Assembly (NCBI GenBank): GCA_963674775.2
Contig: CAXXPJ010000003.1
Coordinates: 1,054,597 to 1,078,596, forward strand
DNA length: 24,000 bases
Source: Christensenellaceae bacterium
GTDB lineage: Bacteria > Bacillota > Clostridia > Christensenellales > CAG-138
Direction: 5' to 3'
The position numbers and the translations under genes are program-made. Of this stretch, positions 23,811 through 24,000 are shown in pieces; position 1 is the first letter of the stretch, and each line of letters opens with the position of its first letter. The notes under the pieces were generated by a model. That model did not search any database. It was not told where the DNA came from and saw only the letters and a list, made by a program, of their open reading frames with translations.

Positions 23811-24000
23811 CTATTGCAACGTCAAGCGTTGTAGCATAGCTTTTGCCGCTGGAAGATCCGTTTTGCTTGTGATCACGAATACCTCTGCGTCGCTCGACAA
23901 CCCGGATCGGCTTGCACACACTGCATGGCAGCCGCAAACGATTAAAATGGCCGCATACTGCCGGTTTTCTTCGGCGTATTCGATCGAAACCTCCGGAAAA
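23811..24000 (-). CDS. C-terminal 62 codons of an unidentified Cys-containing protein; the 5' end is outside the window
   Basis: Not in the track because it is open at the window edge. My minus-strand translation is ...FPEVSIEYAEENRQYAAILIVCGCHAVCASRSGLSSDAEVFVITSKTDLPAAKAMLQRLTLQ, with stop TAG (complement of 23811-23813) 12 nt before the CoA-transferase ATG. I do not recognise the family. Confidence 0.45.
   Translation of the reverse strand, partial: FPEVSIEYAEENRQYAAILIVCGCHAVCASRSGLSSDAEVFVITSKTDLPAAKAMLQRLTLQ

Noticed and set aside
1-24000. CRISPR arrays, rRNA genes, intact prophage/integrase, toxin-antitoxin or known defence-system genes
   Set aside because: I scanned both strands for regularly spaced repeats of 24-40 nt, rRNA-like conserved blocks and characteristic protein motifs, and found none. 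The only repeats found are the short ones reported above.

Overview
This window looks like a high-GC Clostridia (Oscillospiraceae-like) chromosome; the taxon is inferred from gene content and composition only. It has two very different halves.

Left half, 1-15.7 kb, about 60-67% GC on lines I hand-counted. It is conserved core genome:
- The start of the dcw cell-division cluster on the minus strand: mraZ, rsmH, ftsL-like, class B PBP, murE. murE runs off the left edge and is missing from the ORF track.
- A divergent type IIA topoisomerase pair, best read as parE-parC.
- A CNNM/CorB-type CBS-domain transporter with a long leader.
- A two-gene acylation module: an E2/CAT-fold acyltransferase-like protein plus an adenylate-forming acyl-CoA synthetase.
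- A zinc-ribbon membrane protein.
- A tRNA-Thr(CGU)-tRNA-Pro(CGG) pair with a consensus promoter.

Right half, starting immediately after tRNA-Pro. Composition drops to about 28% GC on one hand-counted line. This stretch holds:
- Short direct repeats and a decayed IS3-family element.
- A heavily disrupted Old-Yellow-Enzyme-family pseudogene and a small GNAT.
- A roughly 53% GC butyrate-pathway operon on the minus strand: 4-hydroxybutyrate/butyryl-CoA CoA-transferase, thiolase, crotonase, 3-hydroxybutyryl-CoA dehydrogenase.

Most notable observations:
- The dcw-cluster PBP is intact but has lost the SxxK lysine (SMFD) and the KTG triad (IGG).
- The CNNM leader carries a strong promoter, two SD-preceded small ORFs and a hairpin plus U8 tract.
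- The acyltransferase-like protein has DERIADG in place of the catalytic DHRxxDG.
- The last ~63 nt of parE are tandemly duplicated.
- A perfect 18-nt direct repeat brackets the IS-containing AT-rich segment.

I found no CRISPR array, rRNA or recognisable defence system. All calls come from reading the sequence and recalling family motifs; no searches were run.
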